64,000 bases of DNA from Ramazzottius varieornatus (taxonomy: Eukaryota > Animalia > Tardigrada), in contig BDGG01000012.1 of NCBI GenBank assembly GCA_001949185.1, forward strand, positions 1,418,973-1,482,972, in the 5' to 3' direction. Positions within the stretch are counted from its first letter, which is position 1, and every line of letters starts with the position of its first letter. Under the pieces are notes generated by a model. The model saw only the letters and a list, made by a program, of their open reading frames with translations, ran no database searches and was not told the origin of the DNA. Below are positions 26,183 to 39,500 of this stretch, piece after piece. The position numbers were made by a program, and so were the translations under genes.

Positions 26183-27089
26183 TCCCGATCCCTAGTAAAG
26201 TCAGATTCTTGAAGATCTCCTAGAGAGAAGGTACTATCGAGAAGGATGATTGTTTGTTTTGGTCACTTTTGGAAAAATAAACGGAATGCTATAGAACTTA
26301 ATCATACTATACTGGCGCATTTCAGTGCACTTCGGTCACGGCACTTCGCTCCGCAACCGTTTTGCAGCGCCTGTCCGTGGTCAGTTAATGTTAGTCGGCG
26401 TTCTGGTGTCCGACGAACGGATCCGCCAGAGCGATTCACGAGGTTTTATGACCTGTCAGACCTCTCATGTTCCTGAATACCGTACCTGTTCGGCAAAATC
26501 ATGAGGAGCATAGCTTGATCAGCTGATCTGCGACATTTTGGTGCATGCTGGTGTATCTAGTCCGGCGCAATGCGCTGTTACCACCCGTCTTGTTTTGAGC
26601 GGGCTGATCTTGCTGGGATTCATACTGATTGATTGGTTGACCACCAGTGTGACAGCGAAGAAAAAATTCAAAATCAAAAAATCATGAAAAAAATCCACAA
26701 CAAATTTTTATTTCAGCTTCCTTCCAGAATTTTCCGGCTGCGCATCCTTTTCCAACCCTTGCTACCCGCCTCTCGTCTACCAGACCCTGATGCTCAACAG
26801 TATTGAAAGGAATTCACATCTGACTGATCGACTCCAGGAAGCCAGCGGAAGGGAGCAGCGTAGTGACACTCATCGAACCCCAGCTACTGTACTCTGAATC
26901 CGTCCTCCTCTGCTACCACGGTTCTTTCCCTGACACCTTTACTAAGTTTGTAGCCTGCACTTCTTTACTGTAGAGATCCGAGATGTTTTTCTGACAACGG
27001 GGAATTGTGCGTGTACCCCCTAGCCGTTACAGGTTACAACGAGACAGTTGGACGTTATCGTGTTCAAGGCTATATCGTCCATCTGCAAA

Positions 27090-27919
27090 ATGAGTAAGCT
27101 CAACGTCAGTAACGTCTTGGTGATGGACAATCCTGCACCTTTCCTGCATCCTCTGGTTTTCGAGATCGTATTTGAAGCATATGAAGACCTGCAAGAAGGT
27201 AAGATCTAATTTCGGTAACTTTTGCATAGCAAACGGAACAAGTCTCCCTTGAGCTGTAACTTGATCACGTTATCTTGCTTGATCGTCGTTATTCGTGGGA
27301 ACACTCGTTATTTCCGTGAACTTAACTTGCTTTTGATAGATATCGAATGGAAGGTGATCTATGTCGGGAGCGCGGAAAGTCAGGCGTATGACCAGCTGCT
27401 AGATTCTGTCGTTGTGGGACCAATTCCATCGGGCAGGCATCAGTTTATTCTGCGGGCAAGATTGGCACTTCCTCCGTTTACCCTTAATCTTATGATAATT
27501 TGATAGCCGATATTCCGGCCGAAAATTTGGACTTTCACAATGCCCTCTTCTACAGGCTCCTGCTCCAGATCCTTTGAAAATTCCAGCCGATGATGTTATT
27601 GGGATAACTGTGGTGATGTTGACGGCTTCTTATCGTGGACAGGAGTTTTCGCGGGTTGGATATTACGTGAATAACGATTATACGGAAGTTGAGCTGAAAG
27701 AAAACCCTCCTCCACAGCCTGTCTTTGAGAAGGTTTGTTACATGTAGTCACATGTGCTCGTGATCGATTCATGCTTGTGTTTTTTGTTTACAGTTGGAAC
27801 GGAACATTCTGGCCAACAATCCCCGAATTACGCGATGCAAGATCGACTGGGATGACCGACCTGTTGTTGTCGCCAACGGGAAAGCTTCCTCGCCTGAGAA
27901 GATGGACGTCGCTTCCTGA
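27090..27919 (+). CDS. ASF1: Histone H3-H4 chaperone ASF1
   Basis: Exons 27090-27198, 27340-27455, 27556-27732, 27794-27919. DIEWKVIYVGSAES, YDQLLDSVVVGPIP, SYRGQEFSRVGYYVNNDY, LERNILANNPRITRCKIDW. Intron 2 has a GC donor. Confidence 0.95.
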
Positions 27920-28728
27920 AAACAAATACAAAGCTTCGGTATGAAAAGCTCCTCCTTTTATCTCCAAATGCTTAACTTATTTCCTCCAGCTCAATTTTCG
28001 TGCAAAACTATTGCGCCCAACTGGAGTACCTACATGGCTATGAACTCCAGTCAGGTATTTTCTGCGTTTGATTTGAATATTCTTCGAAGCTGAAAACTTG
28101 AGATATTTTTTGATGGTGTCTGCAAACTTTTTACTTCTGTACGTTCACTGATATTCGTAAGAAGAGCGCTGCTTGCACTTCGTCACGGATATTTGGAAGT
28201 AACAATCGTATCAGTGCACAAATTAGGTTTCAGCTAAGGAAGTCTTTGCTGTAATCGCGAACGTTGCTCAAGACAATGCTAATTTAGCCACTGTCTGGTT
28301 TGGTCGCAAGAAAGACATGCATTTCTTGCAGACTGCTGTAATAGACCGTGAAGATGTAACAGCGCAACATGGTGGAAAAACAGCGCCGCACTCGAGAGAA
28401 AGCTCCACCTTGCCGTTGTTGTAACTCCTCAGATTGTCTCGAGAGTGGTCAGTCGAAAGCTCGAACTGTTTTTCTAGACACCGTAATCTGTTTTAAATTG
28501 ATAAGTTAGACAAACATATTCCCAACAACACGCTCAACTCTGACTTTAGCCACGAAAGTGCAGGATGGAGGAGTTCCCATACGAAACTCTGATCTTCAAA
28601 AATACCTCTTTGTAATCTTTCTTAATACCATTATGCATCGACGTTAGGATGATACCTTCTTTTGTTGCAGCCCACTGCGTCCGCAAATTTTTGAAGTGAC
28701 GAGGAAGTATTGACTGGCTTTTCGAGCC

Positions 28729-31700
28729 ATGTCGGATGTATTGTTTTTAGATGCTGTTTCTGTCACGATGGACCATAGCGATGCGGCGAAACGTCGGATG
28801 CAAGCGGCACTTTGCGGAAGAACTGATGCGGACAGCCCGCGAGTGGACAAGATTGCTCAACGGTGGGAATCTTTCTTTCGTCAAGCCAACAAGCCTTCAG
28901 TCAAACAAGTAAGCAAGTTTTCTTTTCTGTGGTTCACCAGAGCGCCGCACTCTGGTTTGCAGTTGACATAGTCTAGTCAAAGTCTAACTGACAATGGGGG
29001 AAAAATAAGCAGGAGAGAATAACAGCAGGTTAGGCGACTCCAATGTTTACCCGACGAAGTACCCGCCACCGGTGCTCAAAAGCATTTGCATGTTCCTGTG
29101 TGACAACCACCGAGTCTTGAAACCAAACGTGCCGCTATATGAAATTTTCCCATATGTGTCGCAAAACTTAGCCGCTAGTGAGATATGTGCTGTCGGACAA
29201 GGTACTTGTGTGTGACTTTGCGGCTCTACCGTGTTTTGACCACCAGGGATTAAAAGTGCAAGATCAGAAATAAGCGCGGCCAATACAGCTGAGATCAATC
29301 ACTGGTGGACATTGGACAAAGTACCTGATGTACCATTTTCACGGTTTACGGAAAGTGAAGTGCCGCTCGTGAGTTTTTTCACCATGCTTCACTTCAGCGA
29401 CTTTCGTGACGGTCTGTGATGGAACTTTATCTGTTTTCTGGGATATTTCATCTTGCCCATGTACGCACGTGGACATGAGAAACGTTTAGGCTTGCCAGTT
29501 TGATTTAAGAGAGTGGAACCATCCCACGATATTCTAATGGCACTTCTTAACGATCTGACTTGACTGTCATACCATGTGAAACTGTTGCTCATATGGACCG
29601 TAACCAGTCACTCTGTTGATCTGATTGAAGAGTGAACAAGTTGGTTGTGACCCGCTATTTTCGTTTTGACTGGTGCAGGAGGAACAATTCAGAGCGGTTG
29701 AAGCTGTTAAGCTGACGGATAATTCGCCATGCCAGGCTCTCCACCATCTGAATGAGCTCGTAAGCCAGCGCGTCGATCACTCAAGTGCCACCATTTCTGC
29801 GCTCTCAAAGACAGAAGTCCCACCGCGAGCACCCTCTTCGTCATCACTGAATACTCCACTCTCATCAACTTCTAATGCCCGTGTAGTTCTCCAAAACCTG
29901 AAGCAACTCTTCGAGATGGACGCTACCAAGTAAGTCGGAACACGGTTTCAGTGTGTATCGGTTGATGTTGGTTATGGACCCGGAAGTTGGAGATGAACCC
30001 AGTTATCTCCTTCGACTTTTGTGAATTCTTTCGCTTTTATTTCGACAGTTTTCGGGTGGATTTCGTCCAGCAGAAAGGCATCTCGATGTTGTGCACTGCG
30101 TTGAAACGGCTTCAAGAGGAATTAAATCAATGGGAGAATGCTGATTCGAATCGTGGCGATCTCGATGTCCTGAAGAACAAAATGGTATGTTTCCTACTAC
30201 TTCGGTTTTGTTTCCTATTCAGTCACCTTAATGACGGACGTAAGGTCAACTTCGATTAATAAGGCCAAATTTCACTTGGGAAATGTCTCACCAAACGTTT
30301 TTCGTGTGTTGTTCCAGGTCGATGAGTTTCATTGCATCATGTGCATAAAGTTCGCTGCACGAGACCCTGTAAGTGAAGCCGGTCTTGTTACGGGTCAAGC
30401 AAAGCGTTTTCCCATAGCGTGAACTAGTTAATTAACGAAAGGGAACTCTCGTGCTGTTTCGCCATGGCTCAGTAGTCTGTCAAAACTGTCCGAAAACGCA
30501 AGTAAATCGGTAAAATAAATTCCACAACATGGTTATCTAAAGTGGCGCACCTTCTCGTTGATTTTGACTGAAAGTATGCGCCACTTGACAAAACGATCAG
30601 GCTCAAGTCGTTTGCCGATGTCTTATATGTCCAAGTACTTTTTGAACGGTTGATTGACTAGTGTTTATTGAAGTGCATCGTTTTCTATCGTAGAAAGGTG
30701 CGGAAGAGATTTTTCGCTCACCAACGAACAATCTCGATGTGGTTTGCCAGTCCCTCTTAAGTCCCTGCATGCAGTCGCGGATCGCCGTGATGGACTTTCT
30801 GACTAATCTTCTCCGCGCTGCACCGCAGCTGGCACTTCGTCCGATTCTCCAGCAGTTTACAGCCTTACGCGTTCGTTATGCCCAACCAGACCGTTTTCGT
30901 TTCCTGATTGGTTTATCGCAGAACGTTGGAAAGCTAAGCATGTTATTTAAGGTTTGTTGTCCAACTATGGAGCGTTGTTCTTTTGAAAGATGAGAAGCTG
31001 GCCTTGCATCTTTTATTGTGTTTACAGGCATCACTTCTTACGATGACAAATGAAATGCTCACAGCTTCGCCGTCTGGAAACTATCAAGTGTTTTTGCAGA
31101 CCGAGCTTGAAGAAGCGGGCCTCAATGTCGACGACGTGGAAAAGGTAGGCTGTGTCTTTCGCCGGTCACTTCGTTTGCTTGTCCTATTTTTTTGACATGA
31201 AAGCGAGAGCTTGTGTGGTTGTCAGATGTTTTTGCAATGAAATAATAATAGTAGTACTTGTTCATCGCACACACAGATAGCCCATGTCTCATCGGCCGAA
31301 CAAGGCAATCGAGAAGATGCATCCAACGTCGTAAAACAAGTCGAAATTTGGAGGAAGAACTACATCATGGTCGACAAGGATGCACACGGATCCACCCACA
31401 GATTCTCATCCGTAAGACATAATTATTGATAGAATCGTCAGACAGATGGAAACATGAACGAAGAACTAAGTCTTGGGCAAACAAGCGTACAGGATCGTTA
31501 TCTTGAGTAGCGCATGCCTCCAGATAATAATAATGAAAGCGTGCGCCACTTGGGATGACGAGCGTGTACGTATTGTTTTCCTAGCTCCCAATTATAATAA
31601 TAAAAATAAGTTATCTATTAAACCAATTGCGGAAATGCGGAATCTTGTTATGGCAAGTCATGTCACGTACAAAAGTCGTACGTTCACATGCTTTCTAAAA

Positions 31701-32451
31701 TGGATGATCATAACATGATTTACCATAACTTATTTGCCATAACAGGATTTTGCGTTTTCGCAAATGGTCCATTTTGAGCCGTTTGTGTTTGTAGTCGATT
31801 CCAAGTTACGAGTATGGCTCGTCTTCGGCACCTTCCTCCGCATTCTCTTCCCCTTCACCACCAGCCACGGCACCTTTGTCTCATCCTCCAGCTCCTGTAC
31901 TTCCAAGAACCACTTCGTCAACCGGCGAGATTCGAGTCATCATCAAGAACATCACCTCTTCTCGAGACCATCCGGGTTCCCCGAACAGCCTGATCGGGGT
32001 CGCTGACATTCATCCGCCTCCTTCGATCAACAAGCCTTCTAGCATAGCTATAAAGCAGGTCCCAGATCCATTCGACGTGCTACCGCCACCTCGGTGTCTG
32101 CTACCGTCACCACCGCCACTCATATCGCCACCTCGGATGAAGACGAAGCCTCACCTGACCAGCTTTGCCGAAGGTCGACCCTTCCAGAACCAGAACCTGA
32201 ATCAACGTATGGCTGACAAGTTCTCTCGAGAGTACGACGTGTGGAAGAGGAAACGGTCGGGCGACTCGATGGACTCTGGGGATACCAGTGACAGTGGTAG
32301 TTCAGCAGGCGAGAGCCGCGCCGTGTACTTGGTCGATGGTGTGTCTCCGGCTCAGCTGACTACTAAGCTAATTGACGACGTCTTGCTGCAGTTTGACCGC
32401 GCGTGCGACATCCTCGACGATAGCAGCTCAGTCATCGATGACGACTTTTGA
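28729..32451 (+). CDS. Formin GBD/FH3-domain protein without FH2 (multiple wing hairs-like)
   Basis: About 8 exons. FRVDFVQQKGISML, DEFHCIMCIKFA, SLLSPCMQSRIAVMDFL, RFRFLIG, VFLQTELEEAGL, followed by a Pro/Ser-rich disordered last exon (31795-32451). The family call comes from recalled motif resemblance. Confidence 0.65.
30500..30622. repeat. Intronic palindromic element family, copy 6 (GBD-FH3 gene intron 30369-30693)
   Basis: ATCGGTAAA..GTTATCTAAAGTGGCGCAC ... ATGCGCCACTTGACAAAACGATCAGGCTCAAGTCGTTTGCCGAT. Confidence 0.82.
31466..31589. repeat. Intronic palindromic element family, copy 7 (GBD-FH3 gene intron 31412-31794)
   Basis: GGCAAACAAGCGTACAGGATCGTTATCTTGAGTAGCGCATGC ... GCGTGCGCCACTTGGGATGACGAGCGTGTACGTATTGTTTTCC. 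Confidence 0.85.
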
Positions 32452-32718
32452 AGACACTTCATTGCGGCATCGCCGGCAAAGCGAAACCCCGTCAAGGCAA
32501 AAAGAGTCGAAGCCTAGTTTTTGCAGTCCTGCACAAGGGTTTTTTTCTGTAATTGTACAAATTCAATGTTAACCATAACTTTATGGTCGCGGTTGAACCT
32601 TCTCCGAGAACACACTGGTAGAATCAAAGGTGGTCGACTTGGCTCCGCTACTACAAGAAGTCACTCCATTGTCTAGTATTAAACTTTTCGCCATTAGCAA
32701 GTCGTAAAACCAGCGAAA

Positions 32719-33400
32719 ATGCTCGTCTTTCTGGTAGGACTATTAACCAAGCTGATTTTATTCGTATTTGCTCTGCGGGCTTCTGGGAATACAGCGGATT
32801 TGGTAAGGAGGCGTTTTCTCCTTTATTGCATTCATTCTAGCGACTTCTTTGTTCTTCATCGGCAGTATGGTATAGTAAGGTGCGTTACTCCCGACTTCGA
32901 CCCAAAGATACTGGCTCTTTTCTATGGTTGCTACTGCGGACCAGGTGGACAAGGAACTCCCGTGGATGCCATGGACCGGTATGCTACCACCCTTTTGAGC
33001 TTAATTATCCACGCGGAACATATGGCTATGTATCCCTGTACTTCAGGTGCTGTCAGGCCCATGATGAGTGCTACAAAGCTTCCCATAGGGGGCAGTGTAG
33101 TTACGCCTGGTACTGGCCGGTGATCATGCGGACGAACTATGCCTGTTATTCCAACCAAGCATCCTGCCGTAAGCTGTCCATGCAGTATCGATGTCTCAAA
33201 GTCTTGATGTGGTGGAAACCTTCAAAACTAACTTATTTTCAGTCGACAGCCAGGTATGTCCGAAGGAGCAATGCGAGTGCGATGTCAAACTGGCCAACTG
33301 CCTCAAGGGAATGAAGACTCCCACCGTCAGACCGAAATGTCCCGATTACTTCCGCGCACCCAAGGCGGGGTCGAGTGGCTCGAGTTGGTTGACGTATTGA
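32719..33400 (+). CDS. Secreted phospholipase A2 (group I/II/X-like fold)
   Basis: Signal peptide MLVFLVGLLTKLILFVFALRA; Ca2+ loop YGCYCGPGG; PVDAMDRCCQAHDECY (His-Asp dyad); CECDVKLANC. Four exons with short GT-AG introns. Confidence 0.92.
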
Positions 33401-33969
33401 CTGATCTCACTTTCTGTTATCGAGTGAAGTTCCGACATCGACTACTAAAATCTGTGAAAGTCTTCCTTTGTTGTTTATCGAACATGACATTTCCACAATA
33501 TCGTCTTTTTTGTCTAAAGCAGTAAAAATCGCTGAGTCACAGAAAACTGAAGGTTGTCTGGAGCCGCAGCCGCCTCGGCTTTTTTGAGACAATAAGATGT
33601 ACATAAAGTTGATGGGTCTTAAAAAGAAAAGAGAATTCACCATCGCCACCACGTTCGTCTCGTATACCTGCTGATAAAGGATGAATAAAGTGTCCATACC
33701 AGCACGCGTTACCCAGAATAAAATATCAAGGTCCACGGCGGCCACTTGTTGCGCCGCTTTGACTATATCCGCGTACCGTCTTATCTACCAGAAAATTTAT
33801 GGCTTCACGAGTAATTCTCCAGAGTTGAGACTCATTCTGACGGTTGTATCTGCGCCGCTGTATTAAATATGGATAGAAGTAGAGTACTTCTCTGTGTTAG
33901 TGGCTCGAAGCAGTTGCGTCCCAGGTTGTTCGACATAGATTTGCTCGAACTCCATCTGCACACCGAAGG

Positions 33970-36376
33970 ATGGGTCCACAACTGCCAATTCTGAAGCAGT
34001 GGCGGCTCTTTGTGTTCTTTCTAGCACCATTAATCCTCCTACCACTACCCCTGGTAGTTGCTACTCAGGTGGGCTTATTCATATTTTGGGCGCAGATTGT
34101 GTTTGCTCGAACTTCCAAGTGACATGATTGCAGGTCGCCGGTGCCGGATACGTCATCCTTATAGTAGCGATCTACTCCGTGGCATCGCCTATACCATTAT
34201 GCATGACCGCAATCATGTCCGTGTTTCTTTATCCGCTACTCGGCATTTATCCAGCTCGCCAAGTGGCGGCGTGGGCAATCAACGTAAGGTTGCTTCAAAC
34301 CATTGTGGTGCATTCTTCGAAGTACTATTGACTTTTTTTTCCAGGATCCGGTCATGCTGATGCTAGGAAGTATCATATTCGCGATGGCCATTGAAGGGGT
34401 TCTGCTTCATAAGCGCATTGCTTTAAGGGTTCTTCTGGCTGTTGGTCAGAAACCGGAAAGGTAAAGTAGAAGGGGAAGTCGGCAAACAACTTGAACATAA
34501 TTGTTTTCCAACTGGCGCACGCCCTTAGCTGATGACAATGGAAGCGTACGCCACCTACGATAAGGATCATGTTCAATTCGTTCGCCGAGATCCCGGATGA
34601 GTGCAAGTGATTGGAGACTACTCGTGCATCTTGGTGTATCATCAATGACCATCATTCATGCGGCTACAGGCTCTTGATGGGATTCCTGTTCGTTTCTTTC
34701 ATCCTGTCCATGTTTATCGCAAACATCGCCGTTGTTGTGATGCTTTTACCGATCGTTGAAGCAATGAAGGAGGAGATGGACAAGTTTTCTGAAGATTCGA
34801 ACGGTGTTGTGGATCATAAGGCTGCCGAACAGTTACACGCCAAAGAGCCGCCAAGAAGACACCGTACGTACGCGTGTCAACCTTTCTCGTACTGTAATAA
34901 ACAGTTCCTACATACACTATACGTTTCGCTGAAATAATTCCTCAAGTTGAATTTCTGAATTTGCTTTCTCTGAATCCGTAGAAAAGTTGATCAATGGACT
35001 ATTTCTGGCATCCGTGTACGGCTCGACCACGGGAGGAATGACGACACTTGTTGGAGCACATCCTAATATTCTTTTCAAGCTCTTCATCGACCGGTAAACA
35101 ACGGTATGGGGACAATAGGTCCAGAATTCTGTGTGACGAAGTTTTCCAACCCCAGGTTTTATGGAGATGCAGCCGCCGTCAACTTCGCGACCTTCATGGC
35201 CGTGACCGGACCGATGGCCGTGTGTGCCACCATATTAATCTGGCTATCGATGACCTTCGCATACGCCCCTGAATTCTTCAAGAGTTTCTGGAAGAAAACG
35301 GAGTCCTCCCATGACGACCTGAAATTCCGATCACGCCTGCGTGATCTCTTTCAAGAGCAGTATAACAGTCTGGGGAGTTTCAAGTAAGGTTCTCCAGATA
35401 ATTCCAAATATCGAACAGAAGATGCACAACCTGTTTTCACCTTCTAATTTCAGCTTTGGCGAAGGCTCAGTTGTCACGATGTTTTTCATCCTGGTTGCTC
35501 TATGGCTGTTCCGAGAACCACAACTGTTTCCTGGCTGGGGATCACTGTTCAAGAAAGGGTAGGCACATTGCAGCTCCCATTCACGAAAATCGTCTCCTTG
35601 GTTTTCCATCAAAGTTGTTGAATTGACCAGGTATGTCTCGGATGCCACACCTGTATTGCTGATATCGTTTCTCCTGTTCGCATGGCCGTCGGACTGGAGA
35701 TTGTTGTGGAATGAGGGGGTGCTCAAACCGGTCATCACGTGGCGCCCTCTCATGCTGCAACGCTTTCCATGGGAGCTTCTTATGTACGCCATCGGGACCA
35801 CAGTTCTCGCCGAAGGAACGACGGTACAACCTTCTCTGAAATGATAAACAAGCGTTACAAAAACCTGAATGTATTACAGGCAGCCGGTCTGTCGGTCTGG
35901 ATAGCCGACCTCTTTGGACCGTTGGTGGTAGTGCCTCCTTGGGTTCTGATGATCCTGATCACCGTTGTCGTATCCATCCTGACAGAGTTCCTAGGAAATT
36001 CTCTCATCGCGGTTATGCTAATTCCAGTCGTCGCTTCTTTTGTACGAACCCGCCAAAATATTCAAACACTAGGTCGGTCAAATTAACAGTGTCTCTGGTC
36101 TAGGCGGAGAAGACCATGGTCAACCCGATATTCTACATGTTACCCATAGCTATGACCACCGTCCTCTCCTTCATGACACCCATGTCAGCGCACACCATGA
36201 TGTTGCTTCAAAAGCAGGGCGTACCAGTTCGAGAGATGTGTGCTACTGGACTGTCCGCGAAAATCATATGCATCACCCTTGTGGTCATCACTATGAACAC
36301 CGTGGCGGACCCAGTCTTCGACATCCATTCGTTCCCGGCATGGGCTGTAAATGGCACTTCCGGTGTCAAGCAGTAA
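33970..36376 (+). CDS. SLC13/DASS family Na+-dicarboxylate/sulfate transporter (Indy-like), divergent
   Basis: Multi-exon polytopic protein: FLAPLILLPLPL, PIPLCMTA, LYPLLGI, AMAIE..LHKRIALRVL, LLMGF, LWLFREP, YVSDAT, QRFPWELL, NPIFYMLP, FDIHSFPAWA. Confidence 0.9.
34472..34594. repeat. Intronic palindromic element family, copy 8 (SLC13 intron 34461-34669)
   Basis: GGGGAAGTCGGCAAACAACTTGAACATAATTGTTTTCCAACTGGCGCACGC ... GCGTACGCCACCTACGATAAGGATCATGTTCAATTCGTTCGCCGAGATCCC. Confidence 0.85.
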
Positions 36377-36559
36377 CCGCACACCCAGACTAGATCCTCA
36401 ATCTCCAGCCGTTGCCCTGATCTTACTGAAAGGCAAAAAACTGCTTTTGGTTTCTGTTTCTTACTGGTCTCACGAGAACCTACAATATAACTATTTCGTG
36501 AGGTACCAGAATGATCGACTAAACTCACACTAAGAAAATCTTTAAAGACCGTTACGTGT

Positions 36560-39500
36560 TTAAACAGGCAGGGAGCCTTCCTGAGAAGCAATCGCAGGGT
36601 CAAAGGAATAAGAGGTTGGAATGAGGTCTAATACTGAATTCAAGTCAAAATCAAAGTTCTGTTGATGACTTGTGGATGGTTGTGGCAAAGACGCATATTC
36701 CTCATCGTCCTCCCCTTTCTCATTATCACCATTATAATTTTCAACGAGAAAAATCGTACTGGTAGAATCATCAGCTTCATTGCTGGGTTTCAGTCTGGAA
36801 CTCCTTCGCTTTGCAGAGTCAGGTATCGCAGCTGCTTCTACGAGTTTTCTCTTCCTGGGCTTCTTCTCACCCGTCGCTCTCTTCTCTTCACTAATTACCT
36901 TCTTCGTTTCTCTTTCTATCTTCTTCTGATTTTCGTTCTGGGCCATCCATTTGATTTTCTTCAGGAGCGTCTTCTTGGTGCTGACTTTCCTTCCTGGACG
37001 CCGTTTGACTTCTTTGGGTATCGCTGGCTTCAGCGGTATCGATATGTCGATAATGGGCGCCACTTCCAGTTCCTTCTCAGGCTCCACCGTGACATCAAGA
37101 AACGCGTCACTGTTGAGACCTCCGGTCAAATCTGCAACTTCCTTCATTGCCGGACTACAAAAGACGAAAAGAAGCATATTTTGAGCACATTACATAAGCA
37201 AACTGCTCATAAGCAACCAACGAGAAAGACTGAGCCGCGTTTCGTCCAGCCGCATACTGATGCCTCACAGGAGTGTTAGAGTAACTGTACTGAGGTGTGT
37301 GAAGCATGTGCCCATTTTATGGCTGATCCTCATGCGCTTTTCGCATACCGAAAGCTGGCCAAAATGTCCAAGTAAACATGGTAGGTTGGAGTAACGAAGT
37401 ACACACCTATCGATATCATCGTGGTTTTGTGGTTGCTCGAAGTCACTGAAAGAATTAACGAGGGCTATTTCCGATGTGAGGAAGACAGACACAGCTCGTC
37501 GCTCCATCGCTCTCAGATCATACGAGTCGCAAAGGGAGAGGACTTCTTGAGTAGGAAGTGCTGTATTCAGGCATAGCTGCTTGAGCTTGAGAAGTCCGTT
37601 AAGGATAGGTAGCGAAGGGGGAAGGCATACTGCCGGAGTACTTCGGTTGTCGTCATGCTCGGCCATGAAGCCGGCACTGACGATCTCGATTCGCTCTGCG
37701 GAGGTCTTTGGTTGAAGAGGCACCGGAATGTCACCAAAGCAGTTGATATGCTTCTTCCGACCCTTTCTCGTAGCAGAATCAAGGATCGGTGCTCCGAACA
37801 ATTCGATCAGCTTCCGGTCTGCTGGTGACAGAGTTTCCACAACAGCGTCATAGGAATCGGCAGCGTTGGGAATTTCGGGATACAACTGCAGATCAGTCAT
37901 GAAGTTCCTGACTGGACCCAATACCTAACGAGAAGACTAATATGAGAACCGTAGAAATTAAGAAGTGGTTTCCATTCAACAGAACGACAATCTCATGGAA
38001 CGAACGTGAAGAAAGAGTGTGTTGCATCCAGCTGCATACCCTCGCAGCGTAGTGACCGTGCAGCTTAACGTATGCAGGTCTATTTTTCCCTCGGTCTCTC
38101 ATATACCGCTGGTGTCCAACTGCAATAATCATTTAGTGAAAGAATCTTCACGTACCTTCTCGCTCTTCAGTAGCCCGGCAAGGCTTAGTGAGCTGTTTTC
38201 TCGTAGCGGTTTCGTCACCGTTTCGAGGATGTGCTCGTACAGCTTCTTGACGATAATGACTTGCTTCTCGTAGCCTTGTCCTGTGGGGAACGATCTTTCC
38301 CGATCTTTCTCCACCCAGCGGTTCTAGAACAAGAACGATCAATCAGAATATTGTATGCGAACGCAGCAAGGACTCAGTCTCAAATCTCTCGATGAGAGTT
38401 CGCTGGAAATTACCTCTTCCACGTTGGTATATATGTCCAGAAAGTACTTCTTCACCGTCCACGCTAACCTGTCCGGGAACTTCGCGTAAAGCTTGTCAAG
38501 ACCCGCATAAACAAAAACAAATCTAAAGTTTGTAACTCTATCAGTGGTTAGTAGATAAGTTTGCTTACCTTGGTCGGGTCGATGATCGCTGGCAAACTTT
38601 CGTATTTTTTCCCAGTCCTTTTTACTCCAGCTCGAACGACTCACTTCCGGGTTGAGATGGCGTGACCAGTACCGTATGATATCCGCAACCTTTCGATGCG
38701 GAATCATTCGCCCGACAAGTGACCAGTTTCCGCCGGCCACCACGTAAGTATGAATTAGTACGATTATGTCTTCAGCTCCAAAGCGCAGAAGTCCAGCGCG
38801 ATCGCTATGTCTCATATCCTGCTGGAGACGCTGATACTCACGACAGCAATCAAACGCCGTTCTGCCTTTGAGGTCGAAAGCCACCGCATCCCAGTTTCGA
38901 CTCCCGAACTGCTCTACAAGTTGCCTAAGCTTGGTCCTTTCTTCGATTTTCCATGGTCCTGTCTTGAGAGATGGATCTAATTCAAACTGGTATTTCAACT
39001 GGCACGCTTCCGGGGTATGCTTTTGAAGCTCACGACGTCCAGTGGAGATGTAGTACCTGTAAGAAAAACACATTGGACTAAGATGATAAGTAATTATGGG
39101 GAGTCAACTAGCAAGCTTCGTCAGCCACCTGCATATCACGAACCGAGTACACCGCCAAGCGGTAGAGTATGCAGGTACGTGACATAAACACAGCAGGGCA
39201 ACCACCAACACACAACCCAAAATGAAACTTCCTAACTTTGAAGCTTCTTAACAAATCGTCTTAGTATCGAAAGCGCCATTGACTCAATATTGCTACTTAC
39301 CAGTCATGCACAGGAATTTGCACCTTCTGGAACTGCTCCGCGGACAGAGGGAGAGTCGAAAGTCGCGCCAGCGCCACATCGATCTCAACTATCTTACTAT
39401 TGTTGTTTTCGATATCCCTCTGCAGCCGACATCTGTGTTGCCATCCCGTTGGATCGTCCACCGGCCCGCTTAGAGGAAGCTGGTCTAGCTCTTTCTGCAG

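Noticed and set aside
32451-33970. Operon-like co-oriented genes with short spacers (268 and about 570 bp)
   Set aside because: Explained by general genome compaction; no spliced-leader evidence is visible in the DNA.
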